The position numbers were made by a program, and so were the translations under genes. The notes beneath the pieces are model-generated. The model was not told the DNA's origin. It was given only the letters and a program-made list of their open reading frames with translations, and searched no databases. 64,000 bases of DNA, taken from Geobacteraceae bacterium (GTDB lineage: Bacteria; Desulfobacterota; Desulfuromonadia; Geobacterales; Geobacteraceae). This document shows, one piece after another, positions 17,771 through 28,196 of the stretch. The first letter of the stretch is position 1; every line of letters starts with the position of its first letter. The stretch lies in contig JARKPN010000166.1 of the NCBI GenBank assembly GCA_029975275.1, positions 40,509-104,508 of the forward strand, in the 5' to 3' direction.

Positions 17771-18934
17771 TCAGTGAAACTCGATGGTGACGGTTTTTCC
17801 CAGGGCGCTCAGCCGGTCGGCAATCTTTTCCATCAGGTTTTTACGAATCGATATGCTGGAGGGAAGGTCGGGGTTCTGGTAGGAAGGGTTCACGGCAAGA
17901 CCCACCAGAAGGGTGACTTCATCGGCATCGAGCAGTGCGCCGGCAACCTGGACGGCGCCGCTTCCGTCTCTGGTCGGCAACTGTCCGGCATTGCCGTGGG
18001 TGGCTTCGATCCATTCCAGTACGGATGTCAGGGTGAAAATGCCTTCGGTCATGATGTCGATGCCCGGGAGGGAGCCCATCGGTGGGACCTCGAGACGGGC
18101 GGTCTCGGGGTCGAGCGAAACCTCGTGGCCGCTCCGGGCGCCGATGATGCGTCCGGTGGTGCCGCCGCACACGATGCGGGTTCCTTGAAAATTCAGAACG
18201 CGCCGGGCAAGCGCGCCGTCTTCGGAGAGATCGAGCGGAGGCCCGGTGAACAGAACCACCGCCTGTTTTGCCCGGACCAGCAGGCCGACCATGGAAACGT
18301 CGTCCGAAGGCCTTCTGTTGTAGAGCTGATTGGTGTGCGCCACGGTTTTTTCAACGATGAGACGCACGTCCGACGGCAGGAACCGGATCATCTCCTCTAT
18401 GTACGCCGAAAGGTGTTCGAGATCCCAATTATAATTGAATACGCCGCCGAGCCCTGCGTGAAGGAGGCCGTCGCTCATGGCCACCAGGAGGTCGCCCCGT
18501 TGCAGCGTGCCCTGGCAAAACTCTATGCTCCGGTCCAGCAGCGGAACCCGCTCGAAGGGAAGCGGCTCCACTTTCTGCCCCCGGAAAAAGAGCACCGGCG
18601 GATTGTCAAAATTGTAGATTCGGTAGGCCAGGGTCGTATGGTCGATTTCAATCATCGTGTTGGTTGCATAGGCCAGATTCACTCTCCTGTCGACGGGCAA
18701 GGTGGCGATAACGGTTTCGATCACCTCGGGCAGGGGGATGTCTTCGCGCAGCATGTTGATGATGATTTCGGAAGAGAGCGAAGCCAGGATATTCGCCTTG
18801 ACGCCGCATCCGAGCCCGTCGCACAGGACCACCCTGGTTTTGTTCCCTGAACTGAGCACCCGAATCTGGTCGCCGCACAGTTCCTCGCCGACCTTGTTCA
18901 GGCTCTGATAGTGGACATCCACGAGGAATTTCAC
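17771..18934 (-). CDS. SpoIIE/PP2C-type protein phosphatase with an uncharacterised C-terminal domain
   Basis: GEELCGDQIRVL...VLCDGLGCGVKANILAS...LVAMSDGLLHAG...DDVSMVGLLV is the PP2C/SpoIIE metal-site pattern. A further ~170 aa of unknown function follows. Confidence 0.7.
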   Translation of the reverse strand: MKFLVDVHYQSLNKVGEELCGDQIRVLSSGNKTRVVLCDGLGCGVKANILASLSSEIIINMLREDIPLPEVIETVIATLPVDRRVNLAYATNTMIEIDHTTLAYRIYNFDNPPVLFFRGQKVEPLPFERVPLLDRSIEFCQGTLQRGDLLVAMSDGLLHAGLGGVFNYNWDLEHLSAYIEEMIRFLPSDVRLIVEKTVAHTNQLYNRRPSDDVSMVGLLVRAKQAVVLFTGPPLDLSEDGALARRVLNFQGTRIVCGGTTGRIIGARSGHEVSLDPETARLEVPPMGSLPGIDIMTEGIFTLTSVLEWIEATHGNAGQLPTRDGSGAVQVAGALLDADEVTLLVGLAVNPSYQNPDLPSSISIRKNLMEKIADRLSALGKTVTIEFH

Positions 18935-19435
18935 TTACTTTATCTCCTCGTTCAGCACGTTTCGGATCTTGATCAGGCTGACCTTCGCCTCGGCGGTGGT
19001 CTCTCCGAGCAGACCGGCGATTTCCTGGGCGATATGCATTTGCCTGTCGATGACCTTGTTGACGTTCTGTAAAAGCTCCTGTTTCATCCGGCGCATTTCT
19101 TCCCGCTGCAGGTGCTCGCTGGTAAGGTCCACAAGTATGCAGGCAACGATCCCCTCGTCCTTCATGGGGAAAATTATCAGCCTGAGGTAGGTGCCGTAGC
19201 GTGGGAACTTTCTTTCCTTGCGGATGACGATGTTTTCTTTCCAGGCTTTTTCAAAGTCCGCAAGGTCATCAAAGAATGCGGAAGCGTGTTTTTCAAGGGT
19301 CTGAGCCTCATCGGTCCTGAAAATCTGGCAAAAGGACGGGTTCACTACCTGAATGATCATTGATGCATGGTCCACGACAACCAGGCTGTTCGGGTCAAAT
19401 TCCCACAATCTCTTCCAGAGTGATTCGTGTATCAT
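18935..19435 (-). CDS. Small PAS-like sensor protein, translationally abutted to the phosphatase gene
   Basis: The start is at MIHESLWKRLWEFDPNSLVVVDHASMIIQVVNPSFCQIF (PAS-like), with a C-terminal coiled coil. Its stop codon directly abuts the ATG of the downstream gene (18934/18935). Confidence 0.6.
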   Translation of the reverse strand: MIHESLWKRLWEFDPNSLVVVDHASMIIQVVNPSFCQIFRTDEAQTLEKHASAFFDDLADFEKAWKENIVIRKERKFPRYGTYLRLIIFPMKDEGIVACILVDLTSEHLQREEMRRMKQELLQNVNKVIDRQMHIAQEIAGLLGETTAEAKVSLIKIRNVLNEEIK

Positions 19436-19930
19436 GGTCCACCTGTTTTTCCGGTAACGTAAGAAACGCCGAAATGAGTTATAGAGGAATAGAGTTATTT
19501 GGTCAAGCTGGTTCGGAACCCGCGGGCAATACCGGACCCCTCTGTTGACAGCATGGTTGCACGGGATTTTCTGAAGGCGTCGGTCCATGAGTATGTCAAC
19601 TCTGCTGGCGTGCACACCCATTGGTATACCCTGGAATTGAGAGGGCAGATGTCAAAAATGCGAAAAAATCCTGCTGCCGAGCGTAGTGGGCATCCTGCCG
19701 AAATTGTTGATTGGGACCACGGGAGAGGGGGGCGCTTCGGTGTGCGTGGCTCTGTCCGGTGTTGGCGGCGAGGAAGGGGGATAGATGTTCCCCGACATGC
19801 GGGACCGACGAGCGCGGAGGGGGACGTCCGTTCAGTTGTGCGATTCCTTCAGAGAAATGCGTCATTGAGCGGACGTCTCCCCCAATCATGAGTAAAAGCG
19901 GCGTATTGTGTCGGGAATGCAAACGAAACG

Positions 19931-20746
19931 CTACTGGTTATGCATCAGAACCATCTGCGCCGGCATGGGGGCCGGGAACCCGGCTGCCGTCAGAGCTTCC
20001 CGGATGGTGCGATTGCCGTCGAAATAGACCTGCCAGTAATGATCGTTGTGACAGAACGGGCGCACGGCCAGCACCGGTCCAACGAGGTTGAATTCCAGGA
20101 TTTCAACCTCAACCGCCGGTTCGGCGAGTACGTTGGGCAGGGCGGCCAGCTTTTCACGCAGGAGCAGCATGGCGGCCGTGTGGTCGGCCCCGCCGGCGAG
20201 CTGGCATTTCAATTCGACCCTGCGGTATGGGTTGTGGCTGTAGTTCTGAATCGTATCCCCGAATATCTTGGCGTTGCCTACCAGGGTCTGGACATTGTCA
20301 GGCGTATTAATCGTGGTGGCAAAGAGACCGATCTCCTTTATCGTGCCGGTAATACCGGCAACCGTCACAAAATCCCCTATCTTGAACGGACGCAATACGA
20401 TCAGGAAACCGCCGGCGGCCAGGTTTGACAACAGACCGCCCCAGGCGGCGCCGATGGCAATGCCGATACCTGCCACCAAGGCCGCGAAGGTTGTCGTCTG
20501 GACCCCGAAGTAGCCGAGTATCGCGACAACCAGGGCGATATTCAGTGCTATTGCGACAAAGCTGCCGATGTACCGGATCAGCACCGGATCCACCTTCTGT
20601 TTTTCGAAGGCCCGCTGCAGCATCCGTCCGACCAGGCCAATCAGCCAGCGGCCGACGATCCAGAAGATAAGGGCTGCGACGACCTTTGTGCCTATTGCCG
20701 TTGCATACGTCACGAAGAGTTCCTGATAATGGCTTGCCTGTTCCAT
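19931..20746 (-). CDS. Small-conductance mechanosensitive channel (MscS family)
   Basis: Three N-terminal TM helices are followed by LRPFKIGDFVTVAGITGTIKEIGLFATTINTPDN, the MscS beta-domain signature. Confidence 0.88.
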   Translation of the reverse strand: MEQASHYQELFVTYATAIGTKVVAALIFWIVGRWLIGLVGRMLQRAFEKQKVDPVLIRYIGSFVAIALNIALVVAILGYFGVQTTTFAALVAGIGIAIGAAWGGLLSNLAAGGFLIVLRPFKIGDFVTVAGITGTIKEIGLFATTINTPDNVQTLVGNAKIFGDTIQNYSHNPYRRVELKCQLAGGADHTAAMLLLREKLAALPNVLAEPAVEVEILEFNLVGPVLAVRPFCHNDHYWQVYFDGNRTIREALTAAGFPAPMPAQMVLMHNQ

Positions 20747-21064
20747 GCTCCACCTCCTTGCTGTCGTTGTTCCGGGTTACGTTCCTTTCCTTCCGTCAGA
20801 ACGACAGGCAGTCTTTCGTCCCGCCGGAAACACACTCTGTTTAGAAATTATATCGGCGTTGTTGAATGTGTCTAATAAAGTCAAGTTATGATTCTTTCTC
20901 TTTCGGTCGCGGCACCGCAAATCCGGATCCGCCGTTGGACCCGCCATTGCGCGCGGAGACGCTGAAGGCGTAGTTCCAGGCGCGAAACTACTATCCCTTT
21001 AACCCGCTCTTCGGGGCACCGTGTGAGTGGATGAGTAATGTGGGAATCAGGTGAGGTTTTGGGG

Positions 21065-21091
21065 TCTCCCTCCGCGAGGTGTGGAGGGAGA
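21065..21091 (-). terminator. Hairpin downstream of the efflux operon
   Basis: tctccctcc-N9-ggagggaga forms a 9-bp stem 39 nt past the OMF stop. There is no clear U-tract on the minus strand. Confidence 0.35.
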
Positions 21092-21129
21092 TTTGTCATG
21101 GCAGGGTACTGTCTGACGCGCGGCCGTTT

Positions 21130-22590
21130 TCATCCTCTTTCGCCGCCGGCCGCGGCACCCGCGGTTGCTCCCTGTTGCTGCCCAGTGCCGGTCAGCTTGT
21201 CCGCCTCGCTCACCCAGCCGCCTCCCAGCGCCTTGTAGATGTTCACCAGCGAGCTGAACAGCGATGCCCTGGTCTGTGCCCACTCCAGTTCGGCCGGGAA
21301 GAGCTGCTGCTGGGCCTGCAGGACCGTGAAGTAGGGGGTGTAGCCGCCGTCGTACTGCAGCCGGGCCAGCCGCTCGTACTCCTTGGCCGCGGTGACCAGC
21401 CGCCCTTGCGCCTCGATCTGGTCGGTCAGTTTCTGGCGTCCGACCAGGGCGTCCTCAACGTCGGCAAAGGCGTTCTGGATGGCGGACTGGTAGGCGAGCA
21501 GCGCGGCCTGCCGGGCGGCCTCGGCCTGTTTCACCTGGCCGGAGACGGCGCCGGCGGTGAAGATTGGCCCGGTGATGGAACCGGCATAGCTCCAGATCTC
21601 GGCCGGACCCCTGAACAGGTTGCGCAGCGCCCCGCTTGACCGGCCGTAATCGCCGGTCAGGGAGATGGTGGGGAAGTAGAGTGCCCTGGCCGCGCCGATC
21701 CGGGCATTGGCCGCGATAAGGTTCTGTTCGGCCTGCAGGATATCGGGCCGGTTTTCCAGCAGCTGGGAGGGGACCCCCGCCGGGACGGACGGCAGTACGA
21801 GTTCGTAGATGGACTTGCCGCGCGGCACCGGTTCCGGGTTGCGGCCCAGCAGTATCGAGATGGCGTTCTCGGTCTGGACTATCAGATTCTCGATCTGCGG
21901 GATGGTTGCCGCAGCGGTCTCGTACTGGGTGCGGGCCTGCTGGACGTTCATCTGTGAGATCTGGCCGTAGCTGAACTGCAGCTCGAACAGCTTGACCGAA
22001 TCCTGGTAGCTGGCCAGGTTGCGCCGGGCAATGACGAGCTGCTCGTCAAGGCCGCGCAGCAGGAAATAGTTGTCCGCAACCGAGGCCACCAGGGACAGGA
22101 CTACGCCGCGGCGCGCCTCGACCGAGGCGAGCAGCTCCGCCCGCGAGGCCTCGGAAAGCCTGCGGATGCGGCCCCAGAGGTCGATCTCCCAGCTGGCGCC
22201 GGCAAACAGCTGGAATGATTTCTGGGGATTGGGAATGCTCGAAGAGAGCGGCGTGGCATTCTTCTCGCTGAGCCGCTGGCGGGTGGCGCCCGCGCCGTAG
22301 CTGACCTGCGGGAAGAGCGCGGAGCGGACCTGAGTCATCACCCCGCTGGCCTGCTCGATGTTGGCGGCGGCGATGGCAACGCTCTTGTTCCCCGCCAGTG
22401 CCCGCGTTATCAGGTCGTCCAGTACCGGGTCGCCGAACTGCTTCCACCAGGTGGTATCGGCCGTCTCCCGTGCGTCCTTGAATCCGTACCGGTAGTTCTG
22501 CGGGACCTCCACCGCGGGTCGGCGGTAGTCGGGGCCGACCATGCAGCCGGCAAGTGATAGCGAAATCGCAAGAATGAAAAGGCGCCGCAC
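21130..22590 (-). CDS. RND efflux outer-membrane factor lipoprotein (NodT/OprM family)
   Basis: A lipobox (SLSLAGC) and two TolC-like repeats are present. It is the last gene of the MFP-RND-OMF operon. Confidence 0.9.
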   Translation of the reverse strand: MRRLFILAISLSLAGCMVGPDYRRPAVEVPQNYRYGFKDARETADTTWWKQFGDPVLDDLITRALAGNKSVAIAAANIEQASGVMTQVRSALFPQVSYGAGATRQRLSEKNATPLSSSIPNPQKSFQLFAGASWEIDLWGRIRRLSEASRAELLASVEARRGVVLSLVASVADNYFLLRGLDEQLVIARRNLASYQDSVKLFELQFSYGQISQMNVQQARTQYETAAATIPQIENLIVQTENAISILLGRNPEPVPRGKSIYELVLPSVPAGVPSQLLENRPDILQAEQNLIAANARIGAARALYFPTISLTGDYGRSSGALRNLFRGPAEIWSYAGSITGPIFTAGAVSGQVKQAEAARQAALLAYQSAIQNAFADVEDALVGRQKLTDQIEAQGRLVTAAKEYERLARLQYDGGYTPYFTVLQAQQQLFPAELEWAQTRASLFSSLVNIYKALGGGWVSEADKLTGTGQQQGATAGAAAGGERG

Positions 22591-22643
22591 GTCAATCCCT
22601 CCTGATGATTCGGTCTACTCGGCTTCCACCGCTGGTTTTTCGT

Positions 22644-25600
22644 CTATGGCTTCCGCGGGGCGGGTTTCTTTTTCCTGCCCCGCTCGGCCAGCCGGTCGAA
22701 GATATAGAAGAACAGCGGCACGTACAGCATGGCCAGGGTGGCCTCGCCGATCATCCCGCCCATGATGCCGGTGCCGATGGAGTGGCGGGCGTTGGCGCCG
22801 GCGCCGGTGGCGACGGCCAGCGGCAGCACGCCGCAGATAAACGCCAGCGAGGTCATGATGATGGGTCGCAGCCGCTCCTCGCCGGCCTTTATGGTCGCAT
22901 CCATCACCGACAGGCCCTGCTTGCGCAGGTCCACGGCAAAGGTGACCCTCAGTACGGCGTTCTTGGCCCCCAGGCCGATGAGCACCAGCAGGCCGATCTG
23001 GAAGTAGACGTCGTTGTGGAGCCCGCGCATCCAGTTGAAGGCCAGGGCGCCGAGGATGCCGAACGGCACCGCGGTCATGACCGAGCAGGGCAGGGTCCAC
23101 GACTCGAACTGGGCCGCCAGCACCAGGAAGACGATGATCAGGCCGAAGGCGAAGGCGACCGCCGAGGTCCCGCCCGACTTCTTCTCCTCGAAGGCCATGC
23201 CCGACCAGGCGTAGCCGTAGCCCTGGGGGAGCACCTGGTCGGCTACCTCCTCCATGGCCCGGATCGCCTCGCCCGAGCTGAAACCATCCGCCGCCGCGCC
23301 GGTCAGCTGGGCCGCCGGGAAGCCGTTGAAGTGCGGCACCAGGTCGGGACCGGCCACGTAGCTGGTGCTTGCCACCGCCGACAGGGGTATCATCTGGCCG
23401 GAGCTTGACCTGGTGTGGAGACGGGTGATGTCGTCGGGGCTGCGGCGATAGGGCGCCTCCGATTGCAGGATAACGTTCCAGACCCGGCTGTACTGGTTGA
23501 ACTGGCTTACCTGGATAGAGCCGAACTGGGCCTGCAGGGCGCTGTAAACGTCCTCTACCGGCACACCCAGGAGCTCCGCCTTGGAGCGGTCCACGTCGAC
23601 CTTCAACTGTTGTGAGGAGGCGCGGAAGGTGGTGTTCAGGCCGGAGAGTTCGGGCCGTTTGCGGGCCTGGTCGAGAAACTTTCCGGAGAGCTCCGCCAGG
23701 CGCGCCGGATCGCCGCCCCCCATGTCCTGGATCCAGAATTCAAAGCCGCCGGTGGTGCCGATGCCCGGAATGGCGGGCGGCGGGATGGGGAGGAGCTTTC
23801 CGTCGCTGAGCCCTTTTGAGCCGTCGTAAGCCCCCAGCAGGACGGCCCTGGCGTTCTCCTTGCGGGCACGGGCGATGCTGGAGTAACGCTCTTCGAAGTC
23901 CTTCAGCGTGACGAAGAAGGTTGCGGCATTGGACTTGTACTGGCCGTCCAGCAGGCTGAAGCCGTTCACCACGGTCCGGTTGGCGACCGCGGGGTCCGCG
24001 GCGAACAGCCGGTCGATCCGGTCCGACGCCTGCGAGGTGCGTTTCAGGCTGGCGGCGTCGGGCATCAGCAGCTGGGCCAGCACGTACCCCTGGTCCTCGT
24101 TGGGCACGAAGCTGGTCGGAATGGTCCGGAACAGCTGCACCAGCCCGATCAGGAGCACGGCCAGCAGCACGAAGGCCACCGACATACGCTTGATCATGAG
24201 CGTCACCGCGTCGCCGAAAGCCACGGTGAACCGGTCGAACTGGCGGTTGAACCAGGCGAAGAAGCCGCGCGTCGGGGGGGTGGTGTGCCTGAGCAGGACC
24301 GCGCACATAGCCGGGGTCAGGGTCAGTGCCACGAAGCCGGAAAGGGCCACGGATATGACGATGGTGATGGCGAACTGCTTGTAGAGCTGACCGGTGGTGC
24401 CCGGCAGGAAGGCCGCCGGGATGAAGACCGAGGACATGACCAGCACCACCGCCACCAGCGAGCTGCCGATCTCCCCCATGGCCTTGATGGTGGCGGCGCG
24501 TGGGGACAGGTGGAACCGGGCCATGTTACGGTCCACGTTTTCCACCACCACAATCGCATCGTCGACCACCATGCCTATAGCCAGCACGATGCCGAACAGG
24601 GTCAGCAGGTTGATGGAGAACCCCAGCGCCAGCATGCCGGTGAAGGTGCCGATCAGCGACACGAAGACGGCGACCGTGCAGATGATGGTGGCGCGGAAGC
24701 TCTGCAGGAACAGGTAGACCACCAGCACCACCAGCAGAATGGCCTCGAACAGGGTGTGGACGACCTCCTTGATGGATATCCGCACGAATTCGGTGGTGTC
24801 CATGGCGATGACGTAGTCGATGCCGTCAGGCATGGTGCGCTTCAACTCCTGCAGGGCCTTGCGCACCGCCTTGGACACTTCCAGGCCGTTGGCTCCCGGC
24901 TGCTGGTAGATGGCAATGGGGGTTGCCGGCACGCCGTTCAGCTTGTTGTCGTCCACGTACTGCCGTCGACCCACCTCGGCGCGGGCCACGTCCCCGACGC
25001 GGACGATGGCGCTGCCGTCCTGGCTGGCGCGCAGGATGATGTCCTCGTACTGGGACGGGTCTACGAACGGCGCCTGGGTCACCACCGGGAAGGTCAACTG
25101 CACTTGGTCGTCATTGGGCTGCTGCCCCACCTGACCGGCCCCGAACAGGGCGTTCTGCTTGGCGACCGCGTTCTGGATGTCGCTGGTGGTGATACAGAGG
25201 GAGGCCATCCGGTCGGGGTTCATCCAGATACGCATGGCCTGGTCCGGCACGCCGAAGATCTGGGCCTGACCGGCTCCGTTCACCCTTTTTATGGCATCCA
25301 GCACGTAGACGTTGGCGTAGTTGGTTACGTAGTCCGGGCTGTAGCGGCCGTCCTTGTTGGTCACCGCGATGATCATCAGGGTGCTGGACGACTTTTTCTG
25401 CACCGACACACCGTACTGGGTCACCGCCTCGGGGAGCTGGGGGAGGGCAAGGTTCACCCGGTTCTGCACCTGGACCTGGGCGATGTCGGGGTCGGTGTCC
25501 AGGGAGAAGTAGACGGTGATGGTCAGCTTGCCGGTGCTGGAGCTGGTCGACGTCATGTAGAGCATGTTGTCGACGCCGTTGATCTGGGCCTCGATGGGCG

Positions 25601-25790
25601 CCGCCACCGAGTCGCCCACGGTCTTGGAGTCGGCGCCGGGATAGGTGGTCATCACCTGGATCTGCACCGGCGTGATGGTTGGATACTGGGCAACCGGCAG
25701 CAGCTTCATGGACACCAGTCCGGCGATGACGATAATGAGCGAGATGACCGTGGCAAAGATCGGCCGCTCTATGAAAAATTTTGAGAACAT
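22644..25790 (-). CDS. RND multidrug efflux permease (AcrB/MexB-like, HAE1)
   Basis: 1048 aa. It starts MFSKFFIERPIFATVISLIIVIAGL and has a 12-TM architecture with two large periplasmic loops. Confidence 0.95.
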   Translation of the reverse strand: MFSKFFIERPIFATVISLIIVIAGLVSMKLLPVAQYPTITPVQIQVMTTYPGADSKTVGDSVAAPIEAQINGVDNMLYMTSTSSSTGKLTITVYFSLDTDPDIAQVQVQNRVNLALPQLPEAVTQYGVSVQKKSSSTLMIIAVTNKDGRYSPDYVTNYANVYVLDAIKRVNGAGQAQIFGVPDQAMRIWMNPDRMASLCITTSDIQNAVAKQNALFGAGQVGQQPNDDQVQLTFPVVTQAPFVDPSQYEDIILRASQDGSAIVRVGDVARAEVGRRQYVDDNKLNGVPATPIAIYQQPGANGLEVSKAVRKALQELKRTMPDGIDYVIAMDTTEFVRISIKEVVHTLFEAILLVVLVVYLFLQSFRATIICTVAVFVSLIGTFTGMLALGFSINLLTLFGIVLAIGMVVDDAIVVVENVDRNMARFHLSPRAATIKAMGEIGSSLVAVVLVMSSVFIPAAFLPGTTGQLYKQFAITIVISVALSGFVALTLTPAMCAVLLRHTTPPTRGFFAWFNRQFDRFTVAFGDAVTLMIKRMSVAFVLLAVLLIGLVQLFRTIPTSFVPNEDQGYVLAQLLMPDAASLKRTSQASDRIDRLFAADPAVANRTVVNGFSLLDGQYKSNAATFFVTLKDFEERYSSIARARKENARAVLLGAYDGSKGLSDGKLLPIPPPAIPGIGTTGGFEFWIQDMGGGDPARLAELSGKFLDQARKRPELSGLNTTFRASSQQLKVDVDRSKAELLGVPVEDVYSALQAQFGSIQVSQFNQYSRVWNVILQSEAPYRRSPDDITRLHTRSSSGQMIPLSAVASTSYVAGPDLVPHFNGFPAAQLTGAAADGFSSGEAIRAMEEVADQVLPQGYGYAWSGMAFEEKKSGGTSAVAFAFGLIIVFLVLAAQFESWTLPCSVMTAVPFGILGALAFNWMRGLHNDVYFQIGLLVLIGLGAKNAVLRVTFAVDLRKQGLSVMDATIKAGEERLRPIIMTSLAFICGVLPLAVATGAGANARHSIGTGIMGGMIGEATLAMLYVPLFFYIFDRLAERGRKKKPAPRKP

Positions 25791-25832
25791 GGAAGCACTC
25801 CCGGGACGTGCCGTCGTTGTCGTGTCAGCCTG

Positions 25833-27005
25833 CTACCGTTTCACCGTGAGCGGGGTCCCGGGCTGAAGCGTCAGGCCCCCGTCGACCACCACCCGTTCGC
25901 CGGCCCGGAGGCCGTCCGTGATAAGCCAGTCGTTGCCGTGCCATTCACCGGCCGTCACCGGCCGGTACTCGGCCTTTCCGGCCTTGTCCACCACCCAGAC
26001 ATAGTGTCCCTTGCCTCCCTGCTGGACCGCCCGCTGGGGCAGCACGACGGCCCCGGGCCTGACTGCCCCCTTCAGGAGAGCCCGGACATACTGGTTGGGA
26101 CGCAGTATCCCCTTAGGGTTGTCGACGCTGGCCCTGATAAGGAAGGTGCCGGTCTGCGGGTTATAGGAGGGGGCCGCGAAGGTGATCTGCCCCTTGTGCG
26201 GGAAGGCGTTGCCGTCCACCAGCAGGATCTCGACCTCGAATTTTCCGCCAGCCGGGGGGATCAGGGCCTTCCGGGCGATCTGGTCGCGGAAACGCTGCAT
26301 CTCGTTTTCCGAGATGCTGAAGTTCACCCAGATGGGCGAAAGGACCGCCACGGTGGTGAGCTGGCTGTTCTGCTGGTTGATGTAGGTGCCGTCCTGCTGC
26401 ATGGCGGCGCCGGTGATGCCGGAGATGGGAGAGGTGATGGTACAGTAGGAGAGGTTGAGGCGGGCCGTCTCCAGTTCGGATTTTGCCTGCTCCACCGCGG
26501 CCGCCGAAGATTCGAAGGAGCCGGTGGCGTCGTCCAGGTCCTTCTTCGATAGGGCGTTCAGGGCGGCCAGTGGCCGGGTGCGCTCCAGGTTGAGCCGGGC
26601 GGTTTCCATGGCGGCCTTCTGCCGGGCGAGCGCCGCGGCCGCGCCGTTCACCTGGGCTTGGAACGGTTTCTTGTCCATGAGGAACAGGACCTGCCCGGCC
26701 TTCACCATGGCGCCTTCGGTATAGACCCGCCGATCCAGGAAGCCGCTGACCCGCGCCTGGATGTTCACCTGGTGCGAGCTCTGTGTCTGCGCCACGAACT
26801 CGAACGTGGCCGGCAGGTCGCGGCCGGTCACGGTGACCGCGGTCACCGTGACCGGCCCGGTATCCGGTTTGTTCTCATCGTGTTTCGCGCAGGACGTCAG
26901 GGCCGGCACCAGAAGGCAACCTGACGCAAGCGAAGCAAAGGCAAACCGCCGCGCGACACTGAGCCGACTTCTAACGGCAGCCGGCCCGCAAAAAAACATT
27001 CGCAT
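25833..27005 (-). CDS. RND efflux periplasmic adaptor (membrane fusion protein)
   Basis: Lipoprotein-like N-terminus, a coiled-coil hairpin (ALARQKAAMETARLNLERT...VEQAKSELETARLNLSY) and beta-barrel domains. The start is taken at the MRMFF ATG (27005), preceded by a GGGAGG RBS. Confidence 0.9.
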   Translation of the reverse strand: MRMFFCGPAAVRSRLSVARRFAFASLASGCLLVPALTSCAKHDENKPDTGPVTVTAVTVTGRDLPATFEFVAQTQSSHQVNIQARVSGFLDRRVYTEGAMVKAGQVLFLMDKKPFQAQVNGAAAALARQKAAMETARLNLERTRPLAALNALSKKDLDDATGSFESSAAAVEQAKSELETARLNLSYCTITSPISGITGAAMQQDGTYINQQNSQLTTVAVLSPIWVNFSISENEMQRFRDQIARKALIPPAGGKFEVEILLVDGNAFPHKGQITFAAPSYNPQTGTFLIRASVDNPKGILRPNQYVRALLKGAVRPGAVVLPQRAVQQGGKGHYVWVVDKAGKAEYRPVTAGEWHGNDWLITDGLRAGERVVVDGGLTLQPGTPLTVKR

Positions 27006-27274
27006 GTTACTTCCCTCCCGCCGTTGTTTGACGCCCTGCACCGGGAGAGTATAGCGTAATGATAAAAAATTAGAAAGGTTCTAGATCATAAGGATTTGGT
27101 TTTTTTGTAACCTTAAATGCACGTAGCCCTTTGACCAGTTTTTCAGTCGATTTGCCGTATGATGTTCCCGGCTCGTCGGGTGGAAATGGCGTTGAAACCG
27201 TCTATACTGATGAATGTTGATTCGAGCGACTTTTCTTCCGGCGTGCTGCCGGGCGTCTGAGGGATGGTGACGAT

Positions 27275-28141
27275 ATGAGAAACGAGTTTTCGCCGGGCAG
27301 GCTGCTCCGTACGGCGGTTGGCACGGAAAAACCGCTGCAGGTGATGGGTGTGCCCAACGCCTACAGCGCGATCATGGCCGAAAAGACCGGTTTGCTTGCC
27401 CTCTACCTGTCCGGCGCCGGCGTGGCAAACGGCGCTTTCGGCCTGCCGGACCTGGGGATAACCACCCTGGGGGATGTGCTGGAGGAGGTGAGGCGCATCA
27501 CGGGGGCCTCCCTGCTGCCGCTGCTGGTGGATGCGGACACCGGCTTCGGCGGACCGATGATGATCGGCCGTACGGTCCGGGAGCTGATCAGGGCCGGAGC
27601 CGCCGGAATGCACATCGAAGACCAGGTCCCGGCCAAACGGTGCGGTCACCGCCCCGGAAAATCGGTGGTGAGCACGGAAGAAATGGTGGACCGGGTCAAG
27701 GCTGCGGCGGACGCCAGGAGCGATCCCGACTTCGTGATCATGGCCAGGACCGACGCCTTTGCCGTGGAGGGGCTGGATGCGGCGTTGGAGCGGGCCTGCC
27801 GCTACAGGGAGGCAGGCGCTGACATGATCTTCCCCGAGGCCCTGAGGGCACTGGACCAGTACCGTCTGTTCGCCGATACGCTCGGCATCCCGATCCTGGC
27901 AAACCAGACCGAATTCGGGGTCACCCCGCTGTTCACCCTCCTGGAGATGGCCGAGGCGGGGGTCGGTCTGGCGCTCTATCCGCTCTCCGCCTTCAGGGCA
28001 ATGAATGCCGCTGCCCTCAAGGTGTTCCGCGCTGTCAGGATGGAAGGGACCCAGAAGGGTATGCTCGATTCGATGCAGACCCGCGCTGAACTTTACGATT
28101 TTCTCGGGTATCTCGAGTACGAGCGAAAACTGGACAAGTAG
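27275..28141 (+). CDS. prpB: Methylisocitrate lyase
   Basis: The ICL/PEP-mutase fold motifs LLVDADTGFGG and HIEDQVPAKRCGHRPGK are present, and the gene is followed by prpC and prpD. Confidence 0.9.
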   Translation: MRNEFSPGRLLRTAVGTEKPLQVMGVPNAYSAIMAEKTGLLALYLSGAGVANGAFGLPDLGITTLGDVLEEVRRITGASLLPLLVDADTGFGGPMMIGRTVRELIRAGAAGMHIEDQVPAKRCGHRPGKSVVSTEEMVDRVKAAADARSDPDFVIMARTDAFAVEGLDAALERACRYREAGADMIFPEALRALDQYRLFADTLGIPILANQTEFGVTPLFTLLEMAEAGVGLALYPLSAFRAMNAAALKVFRAVRMEGTQKGMLDSMQTRAELYDFLGYLEYERKLDK

Positions 28142-28196
28142 CTGGCGTATTGAAATTTAATCAACACCTCAATTACTTTTCAAAGGAGGATGAACC

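Noticed and set aside
17675-18850. 391-aa ORF on the + strand
   Set aside because: It is antisense to the SpoIIE-type phosphatase gene and contains no recognisable domain.
24285-25784. 499-aa ORF on the + strand, plus several others between 22605 and 24400
   Set aside because: All are antisense to the RND permease gene. They are His/Asp/Gly-rich mirror-frame artefacts.
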